Below are positions 1 to 8,678 of a DNA stretch of 64,000 bases, in pieces. Below the pieces are notes generated by a model that saw only the letters and a list, made by a program, of their open reading frames with translations, was not told where the DNA came from and searched no databases. Source of the stretch: a virus (lineage: Duplodnaviria; Heunggongvirae; Uroviricota; Caudoviricetes); IMG/VR virus record IMGVR_UViG_3300032074_000001; one strand, written 5' to 3'. Position numbers and translations under genes: made by a program. Positions within the stretch are counted from its first letter, which is position 1. Each line of letters starts with the position of its first letter.

Positions 1-294
1 GGTTACTGCGACGTACTGCTTGGCAGGGTCGATCCTCCTGTCGAGTCTCCTTACTTGTCTCTCGCTGAGATCGCTACGGCGTACTACGCACGAGCTTGCG
101 AGATCGACATGCTCATCCACGAGCAGGAGCGGAAGGGAGTCGTCATCCGAGGTCATGCTCTTTACCGGGTACGGACCGGAGCCCTTCGATCCTTCATTGA
201 GATGAGCAAGAAGATGAGCGACCTGGGGTCCCGCCGCTTGACCCAGGAACAGTTGCTCTTCGACCAGCGGCGAGACGCAGGAGAGCCCTACTGA
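1..294 (+). CDS. Hypothetical protein, probably 5'-partial (frame open to window start)
   Basis: ORF 20/55..294 has no in-frame stop back to nt 1; high GC3; stop TGA 292-294. Confidence 0.45.
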   Translation, partial: GYCDVLLGRVDPPVESPYLSLAEIATAYYARACEIDMLIHEQERKGVVIRGHALYRVRTGALRSFIEMSKKMSDLGSRRLTQEQLLFDQRRDAGEPY

Positions 295-296
295 TG

Positions 297-428
297 ATGG
301 GTGAGCAAGAGATGAGGGTTGCGGCCCTGAACGCTGCGGTGAGGGCAAGCGGCGACCACGCCAACGCCTGGCAGATCCTCACGCTGGCCAAGCAGTTCTA
401 TGACTACATCAAGGACGGGCGCGGATGA
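297..428 (+). CDS. Small hypothetical protein (43 aa)
   Basis: ATG 297 to TGA 426-428, overlaps next start (ATGA); high GC3; below track cutoff. Confidence 0.3.
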   Translation: MGEQEMRVAALNAAVRASGDHANAWQILTLAKQFYDYIKDGRG

Positions 429-700
429 AGCCCCCGGCAGATGGCCACCGTGATGGTGAGACCTACAACGCTGAGTTCGACTACGACCGGCTCAACCGCC
501 AGATGAAGCGAGTCTGGTCGGTGATGGCTGACGAGAAGTGGCACACGCTGTACGAGATCGGACGGATCACCAGCGAGCCTGAAGCCAGCATCAGTGCCCG
601 CATCCGTGATCTGCGCAAGGCCAAGTTCGGTGGTCACATCGTGGAGCGCCGGTACCTGGGTGATGGCACCTGGGAGTACCGACTGGCCGGTCGCAAGTGA
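425..700 (+). CDS. Winged-helix DNA-binding protein
   Basis: 91 aa; ...WHTLYEIGRITSEPEASISARIRDLRKAKFGG... resembles wHTH recognition helix and wing; ATGA overlap upstream. Confidence 0.6.
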   Translation: MKPPADGHRDGETYNAEFDYDRLNRQMKRVWSVMADEKWHTLYEIGRITSEPEASISARIRDLRKAKFGGHIVERRYLGDGTWEYRLAGRK

Positions 701-876
701 TCGACCCCCTCGCGGAGCTGAAGCGCATCCGCGAACAGCAGGAGAGACTGAGGAAGCAGTACGCCTACTGGCTTCACAAGGCCCACGATGAGGGCTACGC
801 CAACGTCCAGATAGCTCGACAGCTCGGGATCTCCGAGGCTGCCGTCCGCATGTACCTGAAGAGGAACCCCGAATGA
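697..876 (+). CDS. Small HTH protein (sigma70 region-4 / excisionase-like)
   Basis: GTG 697 overlapping upstream stop; ...IARQLGISEAAVRMYLKRNPE; stop TGA 874-876 overlaps next ATG. Confidence 0.5.
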   Translation: MIDPLAELKRIREQQERLRKQYAYWLHKAHDEGYANVQIARQLGISEAAVRMYLKRNPE

Positions 877-1112
877 AGCTGAGCATTGTCATCACCGACG
901 AGATCGATGAGCGTCCCGGCGACCTGTACTCCAGCAAGAAGGAGATCGTTGTCGTGGACGTGGACCACATGACCGCCACGCCCGAGATCATCGCCGCCAC
1001 CCTGCGGGGCGCTGCGGACAAGGTTCACCGGATGCCGTCCCAGATCATCTACACCAACGGCATCAACAGCAACAACATCAACACCAACACCATCTCCTCT
1101 GCGATCATCTAG
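873..1112 (+). CDS. Hypothetical protein (79 aa)
   Basis: ATG 873 in ATGA overlap; coding-like GC3. Confidence 0.5.
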   Translation: MKLSIVITDEIDERPGDLYSSKKEIVVVDVDHMTATPEIIAATLRGAADKVHRMPSQIIYTNGINSNNINTNTISSAII

Positions 1113-1120
1113 GAGTAGCC

Positions 1121-2758
1121 GTGACCGAGACACTGGTCAGCTTCAACGCCTACGGGAGTAGCAACAAGCAGGGTCCTGCTCTGGCCCGATGGCTGGACAG
1201 GATGAACGTGGACGTGGCGTTCGTCTGCGAGGCCGATGGCATCCTCGATGACCTGAAGACCGTGGGTCCCACCTACCACGGCAACGACTCGCACGGTGCT
1301 CGCGAGGTGGCCATCGTGCTGCCCAAGGGCAAGGCGGACGAGCATGACACTGTTCAGCTAACCAGGCGGGTAGTGCAGAACCCGGACAAGCCCAACCTCA
1401 CCCACGACCGCTGGTACACCCGCGTGCGCGTTCGTGACCGTGTGTACTACTCGGTCCACCAGAACGCTGCGATCCAGGACAACGACGGCACCTGGCGCGA
1501 CGTGATCGGTGCGCGGGTGACTCGTGATGACGCGATCCCCACGCTGAAGGATGCGCTGGTCGCAGACAAGAAGAAGGGCTACCGCGTTCGGGTAGCCGGG
1601 GACATGAACTGGGCGCAGACCGACAAGCGCGTGGGTGGCTCCATCCAGGCGATGTTCGATGACCTTGGCTTCAGCTATGTCACCGACAAGCTGATGTGGG
1701 TGGCCTGGGACCCGGACAAGGACTCCAAGGTCAAGAGCTGGGTGACCGATGTGGCTCCGGGAGCGGATGCCCACAAGACCGTCCACCTGACTCTGGAGCC
1801 GAAGAGCACTCCGAACACTCCGACGCCTCCTGCACCCAAGACCAAGACCTACATGGTCAGCGTGGTGACCTCCAACCTCAACGGAGTGGGCGGCACCAAG
1901 AACCAGGTGGCAGACGCCAACTGGATCGCTGCCAACATGAAGCCCGACATCTGGGGTCTGCAAGAGACCTCAGCGGTACTGGGTGATCTGCGCAAGATCG
2001 CTGGCTACGGGGTGGCGCTGCCCAAGGGACGAGCCACTGCGGTGGACCGGTCCAACCTGATCATGTTCAACGAGAGCGTGTACCGGCACCAGGGCAGCAC
2101 CATCCACAAGCTCTGGTCCCCGGAGAAGAACCTCCTGGGTCTGGAGATCACCGAGGCTCACCTTCAGCACCTGGACACCGGCGACTCCACCTACGTCTAC
2201 ACCACGCGCACCTACGCCCATGTCGAGGCGAACGGGATGCCCAGTGTGAAGACGGACCCGCACAGCGACCACAAGACGCTGGAGGCGGTGAAGAACCACC
2301 TGACCCAGATGGCCAAGCTGATCGAGGCGCGAGCCAAGGCCGGTGACCTGGTGTTCTGGACCGGTGACTTCAACATCGATGAAGACGCCGACAAGCAGCA
2401 CATGTACCCCGGCTTCAAGGCCAAGATCTTCTCCGATCACGGTCTGGTCAGCGTCTACGAGGAGCTGAAGACCCCGGCGTCCTTCGACACCCTGGACAGC
2501 CGCAAGGTGGATGCCATCGGCACCCACAAGTCGCTGAAGCGGGTCAGCGCCAAGTCGGTGATGGGACGAAGCGGGCACTCCAGCCACCGCTTCGTGGAGG
2601 CCATCTACGAGGTCAAGTCCTCGGGAGAGCCAGTCCGGGGGACAGCCACCGATCCAACCGTGGAAGCCCCCGACACCGTGCCAGCCAAGCAGACGGCGCA
2701 GAAGGACACCGGAAGCACCATCGATCACACCAACTGTTGTGGAGGCGAGTACGCATGA
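1121..2758 (+). CDS. Tandem endonuclease/exonuclease/phosphatase (EEP)-fold domain protein
   Basis: 545 aa; two repeats with EEP-like motifs (SFNAYGSS..AFVCEA..AGDMNW; VVTSNLNG..WGLQETS..TGDFNID..SDHGLV); Pro/Thr linker between halves. Confidence 0.7.
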   Translation: MTETLVSFNAYGSSNKQGPALARWLDRMNVDVAFVCEADGILDDLKTVGPTYHGNDSHGAREVAIVLPKGKADEHDTVQLTRRVVQNPDKPNLTHDRWYTRVRVRDRVYYSVHQNAAIQDNDGTWRDVIGARVTRDDAIPTLKDALVADKKKGYRVRVAGDMNWAQTDKRVGGSIQAMFDDLGFSYVTDKLMWVAWDPDKDSKVKSWVTDVAPGADAHKTVHLTLEPKSTPNTPTPPAPKTKTYMVSVVTSNLNGVGGTKNQVADANWIAANMKPDIWGLQETSAVLGDLRKIAGYGVALPKGRATAVDRSNLIMFNESVYRHQGSTIHKLWSPEKNLLGLEITEAHLQHLDTGDSTYVYTTRTYAHVEANGMPSVKTDPHSDHKTLEAVKNHLTQMAKLIEARAKAGDLVFWTGDFNIDEDADKQHMYPGFKAKIFSDHGLVSVYEELKTPASFDTLDSRKVDAIGTHKSLKRVSAKSVMGRSGHSSHRFVEAIYEVKSSGEPVRGTATDPTVEAPDTVPAKQTAQKDTGSTIDHTNCCGGEYA

Positions 2759-2976
2759 CCGCACCGACCGTAGGCCGCATCGTTCACTACAAGAGCTACG
2801 GCACCCCAGGCGGGGAGTACGAGCCCGAGTGCCGAGCCGCAGTGGTCACCGTGGCCGATGGCGAGATGCTGGGGTTGGCGGTACTCAACCCCAGCGGCAT
2901 CTTCTTCGACCAGCGCATCAAGCACGACGAGGAGCAGAGTGGTGGCAGCTGGCACTGGCCCTGCGTCCAAGGCTGA
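2755..2976 (+). CDS. Hypothetical protein (73 aa)
   Basis: ATG 2755 overlaps upstream TGA (ATGA); MTAPTVGRIVHYKSYG... Confidence 0.5.
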   Translation: MTAPTVGRIVHYKSYGTPGGEYEPECRAAVVTVADGEMLGLAVLNPSGIFFDQRIKHDEEQSGGSWHWPCVQG

Positions 2977-3094
2977 GCTGATCTGTCCCAAGTGCGGGGG
3001 ATCAGTCAGCTACGACTCCCCGTACTGGATCTGGCAGGGAAAGTTCTACTGCTCGGAACGCTGTGTGCGTCTCGCTGGTGGGATGAAGGTCTGA
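2939..3094 (+). CDS. Small zinc-ribbon protein
   Basis: GTG about 2939; CPKCGG...x17...CSERC Cys4 ribbon; start uncertain. Confidence 0.4.
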   Translation: MVAAGTGPASKAELICPKCGGSVSYDSPYWIWQGKFYCSERCVRLAGGMKV

Positions 3095-3107
3095 GATCCT
3101 TGCTGCC

Positions 3108-3257
3108 ATGAGCAGTGGTCCCCGGTACTCGGTGGTGTACGAGAAGGATGACACGACCGTGGAGGTCTTCTTCTCCACTCGTGGAGGAGCAGAGGAGTGG
3201 AAGCGGTGGCTGAACAAGTCCCAGCCTGAGCTAGACCCCCAGGTGCGGGAACGGTGA
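3108..3257 (+). CDS. Small hypothetical protein (49 aa)
   Basis: ATG 3108 to TGA 3255-57 overlapping next GTG; below track cutoff. Confidence 0.35.
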   Translation: MSSGPRYSVVYEKDDTTVEVFFSTRGGAEEWKRWLNKSQPELDPQVRER

Positions 3258-3739
3258 TCACCGCAGGGGTGGACCTCGGCGGGCGGAAGGCCGCGATCAG
3301 CATCTACCAAGACGGGGTACTGACCAACGTAGCCAGTGCGGAACTGGCCAGAAGCACCAGATCACGGGAGTTACGCACTCTCGCGGACTGGTGCTTCTGC
3401 TATCTACGGCTAGCCGACCTGGTGGTGGTCGAAGAGCCCCTGATCGGTAGAGGCACCCAAGCCTCACTCCAGGTAGCCCACACCTTCGGCGCGGTACTGG
3501 CAACTCTAGGTGATACGCACACGCATACCAGCGTATACACAGTGCCGGTCGCCACCTGGAAGAAAGAGGTGGTGGGCAAGGGCAACGCGAACAAAGAAGC
3601 GGTTCGAATGTGGTTAGAAGAGACCTACCCTGCGTACGCTGTGAAGTGTGGGGGAAACCAGGACCGGATCGATGCCGCTTGCATCGGACTCTATGGAGTA
3701 CAGCTTGGACACCGAGCGACCCAACTGGCAGAGCTTTGA
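3254..3739 (+). CDS. RuvC-like Holliday junction resolvase
   Basis: VDLGGRKAAISIY, VVVEEPLIGRGTQASLQVAHTFG, KKEVVGKGNANKEAV, NQDRIDAACIG match RuvC-fold catalytic segments. Confidence 0.8.
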   Translation: MITAGVDLGGRKAAISIYQDGVLTNVASAELARSTRSRELRTLADWCFCYLRLADLVVVEEPLIGRGTQASLQVAHTFGAVLATLGDTHTHTSVYTVPVATWKKEVVGKGNANKEAVRMWLEETYPAYAVKCGGNQDRIDAACIGLYGVQLGHRATQLAEL

Positions 3740-4214
3740 CGCCTTCCTAGAGGCCAACGACGACGAACCGCCACTGATCGACAGTGAGCGGTTCGTTGGC
3801 TATTCGCTGGAAGATCTTCGGCAGGACTGGCAGGTGGGTGCCCGTTGCCTGGGGGTCGGGAACGAAAGATTTTTCGGCAACGAGGACGAGCAGCCCACGA
3901 TGAGCATCGCCGCGATCCGGCGAGCATCGAAGCTGTGCGATGTCTGCCCGGTGTACCGAGACTGCCTACGCTGGGCGCTAGAGAACAAGGAAGAGTACGG
4001 AGTCTGGGCTGGTACCTCGGGCCGTACCCGGCGCAAGATCCAGCGGCTGCTGGAAGACGGCTCCACCACGGTGGAGGTAGTAGTGGAGGACTTCGCTCAT
4101 GGACGACGAGAGCAGTACACCGAGCGACCTGCCCGCCGAGTGGAACCAGGCGCTGGAAGGCGTAGTGGTGCAGTCGCGGGCCGAAGCCGCCTACGAACTG
4201 AAGCTGTCGGGTAG
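3692..4214 (+). CDS. whiB: WhiB-like Fe-S transcription factor (start uncertain; 3' end reads through into next gene)
   Basis: C-x..-C-x2-C-x5-C with GVWAGTSGRTRRK: ARCLGV..FFG..KLCDVCPVYRDCLRWAL..YGVWAGTS; candidate starts ATG 3692 or GTG about 3832. Confidence 0.7.
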
Positions 4215-4563
4215 CACGCTCCAGGAGATCGCAGACAAGCTTGGCTATGCGAGCCGGGACGAGGCAGCCCGTGCCATGGCCAACCTGATGCAGAGCCAAG
4301 CATCGTTCCTCACCACCGAGGAGCGCACCGCTCTGCTGCGCATGGAGAACGACAGGCTGGACCGGCTACTGAGCAAGGTCTGGCCCTCTGCCATGACTGG
4401 TGATCCGCGCAGTGTGGAGGCAGCCCTGAAGATCACCGACCGACGCATCAAGATCAACCACCTCGACGCCATCGACACCAACACCCAGCAGCACACGGTG
4501 CTGGTGATTGGCGGGGCTGAAGAAGACTACGTACGCAAGCTGAAGGAGCTGGGCGATGACTGA
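4099..4563 (+). CDS. Hypothetical HTH-containing protein (154 aa)
   Basis: High GC3 from ATG 4099; AYELKLSGSTLQEIADKLGYASRDEAARAMANL HTH-like; overlaps WhiB ORF tail by about 115 nt. Confidence 0.55.
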   Translation: MDDESSTPSDLPAEWNQALEGVVVQSRAEAAYELKLSGSTLQEIADKLGYASRDEAARAMANLMQSQASFLTTEERTALLRMENDRLDRLLSKVWPSAMTGDPRSVEAALKITDRRIKINHLDAIDTNTQQHTVLVIGGAEEDYVRKLKELGDD

Positions 4564-5407
4564 GACGTTCTATGTGCTCAACAAGAGGTACGACGCCAGC
4601 GACCCACGTCTGGGTAGGCACGTACGCCATGACTCTCGCTCGCTCCAGTACCAGGTAGAGGCTGAGCCGCTCTCCACGCTGAAGAGCGTGCGACACCTGC
4701 GCCACGTCCCCACCTTCGACCAGGGCAACCTGGGTAGCTGCACCGGCAACGCTTCGGTGGGCTGCGTGGCCACTGGGCTGTTCTGGCCCACCGTCTTACC
4801 GTTCAACCTGACCCTGGATGAGCCCTACGCAGTGGGTGTGTACGGAGACGCCACTGCCCTCGACTCCTTCAAGGGCACCTACCCGCCCGATGACACTGGC
4901 TCCGATGGCCTGAGCGTGGCCAAGGTGCTCCAGAAGCGTGGCCTGATCTCGGGCTACCAGCACGCCACCTCACTGGAGGCTGTGCTCACCGCGCTGAGCA
5001 AGTCACCGGTGATCGTGGGCACCGAGTGGCACGGGGACATGTTCAACCCCGTGGATGGCCGTCTGAAGATCACTGGTGAGGTGCAGGGAGGCCACGAGTA
5101 CGTCCTCGATGAGCTGGATGTGGAGAACAAGCTGATCTGGATGCAGAACAGCTGGAGCGACTCCTGGGGTCGCAGAGGCCGTGCCTACTTCAGCTGGGAT
5201 GACTTCGGCACCCTGCTGGACGCTGATGGCGACTGCACGGTGTTCACCCCGCTCACCCAGCCTGCTCCCACTCCTGCGCCAGTGCCGGTGGCTGACCCCA
5301 AGGCTGACTTCCTGCGGGCTGCTCAGACCTGGAACGAGAAGCGGCGCAAGGGCGAGAACAGGCACTTCCAGCACGCACTGGACACGTTCCTGTCCTGGTA
5401 CGCCTAG
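4556..5407 (+). CDS. Papain-like (C1 family) cysteine peptidase
   Basis: DQGNLGSCTGNA (Gln oxyanion + catalytic Cys), GGHEYVLD (His), NSWSDSWG (Asn-Ser-Trp); Pro-rich C-terminal tail. Confidence 0.65.
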   Translation: MTETFYVLNKRYDASDPRLGRHVRHDSRSLQYQVEAEPLSTLKSVRHLRHVPTFDQGNLGSCTGNASVGCVATGLFWPTVLPFNLTLDEPYAVGVYGDATALDSFKGTYPPDDTGSDGLSVAKVLQKRGLISGYQHATSLEAVLTALSKSPVIVGTEWHGDMFNPVDGRLKITGEVQGGHEYVLDELDVENKLIWMQNSWSDSWGRRGRAYFSWDDFGTLLDADGDCTVFTPLTQPAPTPAPVPVADPKADFLRAAQTWNEKRRKGENRHFQHALDTFLSWYA

Positions 5408-5443
5408 ACCGTCCAGAGAAGATCTAGGTAGAGGAGGCGCGAC

Positions 5444-5827
5444 ATGCCAGCAGCACCGATCACTCTGGTCATCGACCAAGGTGAGGACTTCACCGCCCAG
5501 ATTGTCTGGACTGACGACTACGGCTCCGCGCAGAACGTCATCCCGCCGATGCGGATGGACATCGTGGCGGGCACACAGATCCAGCTGACCCTCACTACTC
5601 CCGAGACCACGCCGCCAGACGGTACGATCCCAGAGATCTCCTACTCCTCTGAGATCGGCATGATCCAACTGCACATCCCAAGTTCCCAGACTGCCGCCCT
5701 TCTGCCTGGGGTCTACCAATACGACCTGTTCGTGACCGTGGACGATGGTGACGCCTACGCAGGGAACCAGACCCAGCGTCTGATTGCCGGTCAGGTCGTC
5801 ATCAACAAGCGAATCACCCAGATGTGA
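5444..5827 (+). CDS. Hypothetical protein (127 aa)
   Basis: ATG 5444 with AGGAGG upstream; beta-rich composition. Confidence 0.5.
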   Translation: MPAAPITLVIDQGEDFTAQIVWTDDYGSAQNVIPPMRMDIVAGTQIQLTLTTPETTPPDGTIPEISYSSEIGMIQLHIPSSQTAALLPGVYQYDLFVTVDDGDAYAGNQTQRLIAGQVVINKRITQM

Positions 5828-5834
5828 GGCAGGC

Positions 5835-6530
5835 ATGGCGAACGTAGTCAGGCTCAACAATGGCGGTGTCATCCAGGTCCGCACTGGGGTGCTGCAAGGT
5901 ATCGGTCCGGTTGGCCCTCGCGGTCTCACTGGACCTGAGGGACCTCCTGGTCCCGAGGGGGTTCAGGGTGATACCGGCCCGATGGGCGCGATCACTCAGT
6001 ACCTCTCTACCGCCTCAGTTAGCGCAACAGTTGCGGTGGGACCTGACACCGACACCCTCGTCGCGTTCGGATCGGTCCGCTACGACGATCTCTCGGCCTT
6101 CCAGTCCTCGACCCTGATCGCTCCCCAGAGCACGGGCGACTATGTGGTGAGCGCATGGGCGCGCTTCGACAAGCCCACCAACACTGGTGACAGCCGACGC
6201 AGCCTGTGGCTTCAGTCCAACCTGAACAGCACGCTGATCCGGGTTCAGGAGCTGGCGGTTGCCGATGACGCGACGTATGTGAACTTCACTTGGCCGGTCC
6301 GCCTGGACTCGGGGGAGACGCTTCAGGTCTACGCCTCGCACTCCGATGACCTGAGCGTTGGCATCAGCGCTGGAGCGGTTTCCCTCGTTCGTGTAGGCGC
6401 TGGTCCTCAGGGGGCACCTGGTCCTCAGGGGCCGAAGGGCGATGTCGGTCCGGCTGGTCCTCAGGGTCCGCAGGGACCTGCTGGTTCTGCTGGTGGCACC
6501 TACGCGACGTACGGCAACCTGCACGCATAA
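5835..6530 (+). CDS. Collagen-like triple-helix repeat tail fibre protein
   Basis: GxY runs GPVGPRGLTGPEGPPGPEGVQGDTGPMG and GAGPQGAPGPQGPKGDVGPAGPQGPQGPAGSAG flanking a globular domain; ATG 5835. Confidence 0.7.
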   Translation: MANVVRLNNGGVIQVRTGVLQGIGPVGPRGLTGPEGPPGPEGVQGDTGPMGAITQYLSTASVSATVAVGPDTDTLVAFGSVRYDDLSAFQSSTLIAPQSTGDYVVSAWARFDKPTNTGDSRRSLWLQSNLNSTLIRVQELAVADDATYVNFTWPVRLDSGETLQVYASHSDDLSVGISAGAVSLVRVGAGPQGAPGPQGPKGDVGPAGPQGPQGPAGSAGGTYATYGNLHA

Positions 6531-6539
6531 CAAGGGAGC

Positions 6540-7442
6540 GTGATGTACGACCACGCTCAGTCCCCTCGCCTTGGACAGCGGACCGCTGTCGAGAACCCTG
6601 GCGTACTGCTCACCACGACGCTGCTGCTCCCCGAGGTTGCCTATCGGGGACAGCTCGTCTACCTGCTCGACACCCACCGCCTGGAGGTGTTCGACGGGAC
6701 GGCGTGGCAGCCCGCTGGGGGCGGGGAGACAACCAACCAGACGTTCGTAGGTCCCGACGAGCCCGCTGCTGACCGCGAGGGTGACTTCTGGGTCAACACC
6801 AGCGACTACCAGCTCTATGTGTGGACCAACGGTCACTGGACGCCTACCAGTGCGCCAGAGGACGCTCGCTGGCAGCGCACCAGCATCGCGTTGGTGCAGG
6901 CACTCATGGGTTACCGCGACATCATCCTGGCTCACCAGGTGCTCTGGTACGACACCTCAGCGCCGATTGCTCCGATGGCCCGCGACATCTGGGTGAACGT
7001 GACCAGCAACAGGGTCTACGACTACATCGACCAGGCATGGACGGAGATCACCGATCCGTTACTGACTACTCCGCTTTTGGCCGCAGGAGTGAGCCGTTCC
7101 ATCCTGGACGGGATCATCGAGGTCTACACAGACTCAGTGGAGCCGCTGGGGCTGGGACCGGCTGACATGGGAGACCTGTGGCGCGACCTCTCGCGCCATG
7201 GCCTGATTCTGGGCTGGAACGGTGTTCAATGGGTCGAGCTGCAAGTGACTGGCGATCAGATCCAAGATGGAGCTGTGGACACTCAGCACATCGCAGACGA
7301 AGCTGTCGATGGTGCATACCAGATCATCAAGGGTTCCATCGTTCGGGATGCACTAGCCGATAGAGTCATTGACGGAAGCAAGGTTGCGGACTTGTCGCTC
7401 GCGGTCAACAAGTTCGTCAGTCTCGACCACCACATCTACTGA
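6540..7442 (+). CDS. Tail fibre protein, paralog 1 (C-terminus ...LDHHIY)
   Basis: Shares N-terminal W-rich module (GDFWVNTSDYQLYVWTNGHW) and C-terminal DHxIY with the next gene. Confidence 0.6.
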   Translation: MMYDHAQSPRLGQRTAVENPGVLLTTTLLLPEVAYRGQLVYLLDTHRLEVFDGTAWQPAGGGETTNQTFVGPDEPAADREGDFWVNTSDYQLYVWTNGHWTPTSAPEDARWQRTSIALVQALMGYRDIILAHQVLWYDTSAPIAPMARDIWVNVTSNRVYDYIDQAWTEITDPLLTTPLLAAGVSRSILDGIIEVYTDSVEPLGLGPADMGDLWRDLSRHGLILGWNGVQWVELQVTGDQIQDGAVDTQHIADEAVDGAYQIIKGSIVRDALADRVIDGSKVADLSLAVNKFVSLDHHIY

Positions 7443-7451
7443 GGAGAAACA

Positions 7452-8324
7452 ATGGGCAAGAGGCATGGCAAGAAGCTGCCTCAGGTCGTGCGGACTGACC
7501 AGGACATCCGCAACCTGATGCACGACGAGTTCAACCACTTCCTGACGGACATCGAGTACCGCCTGAAGCAGACCTACGAGGTTGAGCGTCGGGTGATCAA
7601 CGCAGCTGAGCACGGCCTCTCGGACAGCTCCATCGAGCGACTCTCCAACGCTCGCGTGCCTGTGATGGCGGGCGGTTCGGTCTACGCCGAAGACCTGTCC
7701 CTGAACACCCACATGATCACCGGTTACACGGTGACCGCGAACACGCCTGCGGCTGGCCAGATCGCCTGGACCAACCTGCACATCGTCTTCGGTGGTGTGG
7801 ACTACACCGTTGCTGACGGCAACGCGGCAACCACGGACTACTACCTGTGGTTCCAGCTCTCCACGGCCACGACCACTGGTGCGACTGGTACTGCCACGCT
7901 CCAGAAGAACATCGTCACCAACAAGCCCACGCTGACCAACGGTGACGCCATCGTGTTCCTGAACAACGCCGGTACGCCGGTCAAGGTCATGGAGATGAAC
8001 ATCCCGCCCGTGGTGGCGAACAACGCTGTGGACGCTGGCGCGATCCAGTCCCTGGCGATCACCGCTGGCAAGATCGCCAACAACACGATCACCGCGACTC
8101 AGATCTCCAACACCGCGAACATCACCGGCACGCAGCTGTCTTCCACCGCTGGCCTGGTGGGCGGTCAGCTCGCCAGCAACGCCAACATCGCGGGTACGCA
8201 GATCTCCCCGACTGCCAACCTGGTGGGCTCTCAGCTCACCGCTGGCACTATCGGCAACAACCAGCTCGGCGTGTCCGCTGTGCAGGCCAAGAACCTGTCC
8301 GTCTTCGACCACCAGATCTACTGA
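7452..8324 (+). CDS. Tail fibre protein, paralog 2 (C-terminus ...FDHQIY)
   Basis: IAWTNLHIVFGG..DYYLWFQ module; tandem repeats ITAGKIANNTITATQISNTANITGTQLSSTAGLVGGQL...; ends SVFDHQIY. Confidence 0.6.
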   Translation: MGKRHGKKLPQVVRTDQDIRNLMHDEFNHFLTDIEYRLKQTYEVERRVINAAEHGLSDSSIERLSNARVPVMAGGSVYAEDLSLNTHMITGYTVTANTPAAGQIAWTNLHIVFGGVDYTVADGNAATTDYYLWFQLSTATTTGATGTATLQKNIVTNKPTLTNGDAIVFLNNAGTPVKVMEMNIPPVVANNAVDAGAIQSLAITAGKIANNTITATQISNTANITGTQLSSTAGLVGGQLASNANIAGTQISPTANLVGSQLTAGTIGNNQLGVSAVQAKNLSVFDHQIY

Positions 8325-8332
8325 GGAGCGTC

Positions 8333-8674
8333 ATGTCTGTGCAGCCCACCGAGGTCAGTAACGACCCGTACGACGACCCGAGCTACTTCGGACCGTCCCT
8401 GGAGCAGATCGAGGCTGATGGCGAGGACCCGGTTCCGCTGCCCGATGACATCGAGCGTGCGCTGAACGGAGAGCAGGTCGAGTTCCCCAGCGACAACCTC
8501 TACGTGTTCCAGGGTGGCACGCCTGAGCAGCCCAGCTGCTACGAGGACGTGAACCATGAAGTGCTTGCTGCGCGGGCTTCCGACCAGCAGGATGAGGAAG
8601 ACGCTCCGGAGCCTTCCGCCCCTCGCTTCACCGAGGAGACCGCCGAGGAGAACGACTTCCGGGACGAGGAGTAA
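8333..8674 (+). CDS. Acidic hypothetical protein
   Basis: 113 aa, very Asp/Glu-rich; ATG 8333. Confidence 0.5.
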   Translation: MSVQPTEVSNDPYDDPSYFGPSLEQIEADGEDPVPLPDDIERALNGEQVEFPSDNLYVFQGGTPEQPSCYEDVNHEVLAARASDQQDEEDAPEPSAPRFTEETAEENDFRDEE

Positions 8675-8678
8675 GTAA

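Noticed and set aside
3648-3691. Track start at 3648 for the WhiB-like ORF
   Set aside because: Would overlap the RuvC-like gene by 92 nt; a start at ATG 3692 or GTG about 3832 is more plausible, but the choice remains uncertain
5003-6935. 308-aa and 306-aa - strand ORFs
   Set aside because: Antisense to peptidase and collagen-like fibre genes
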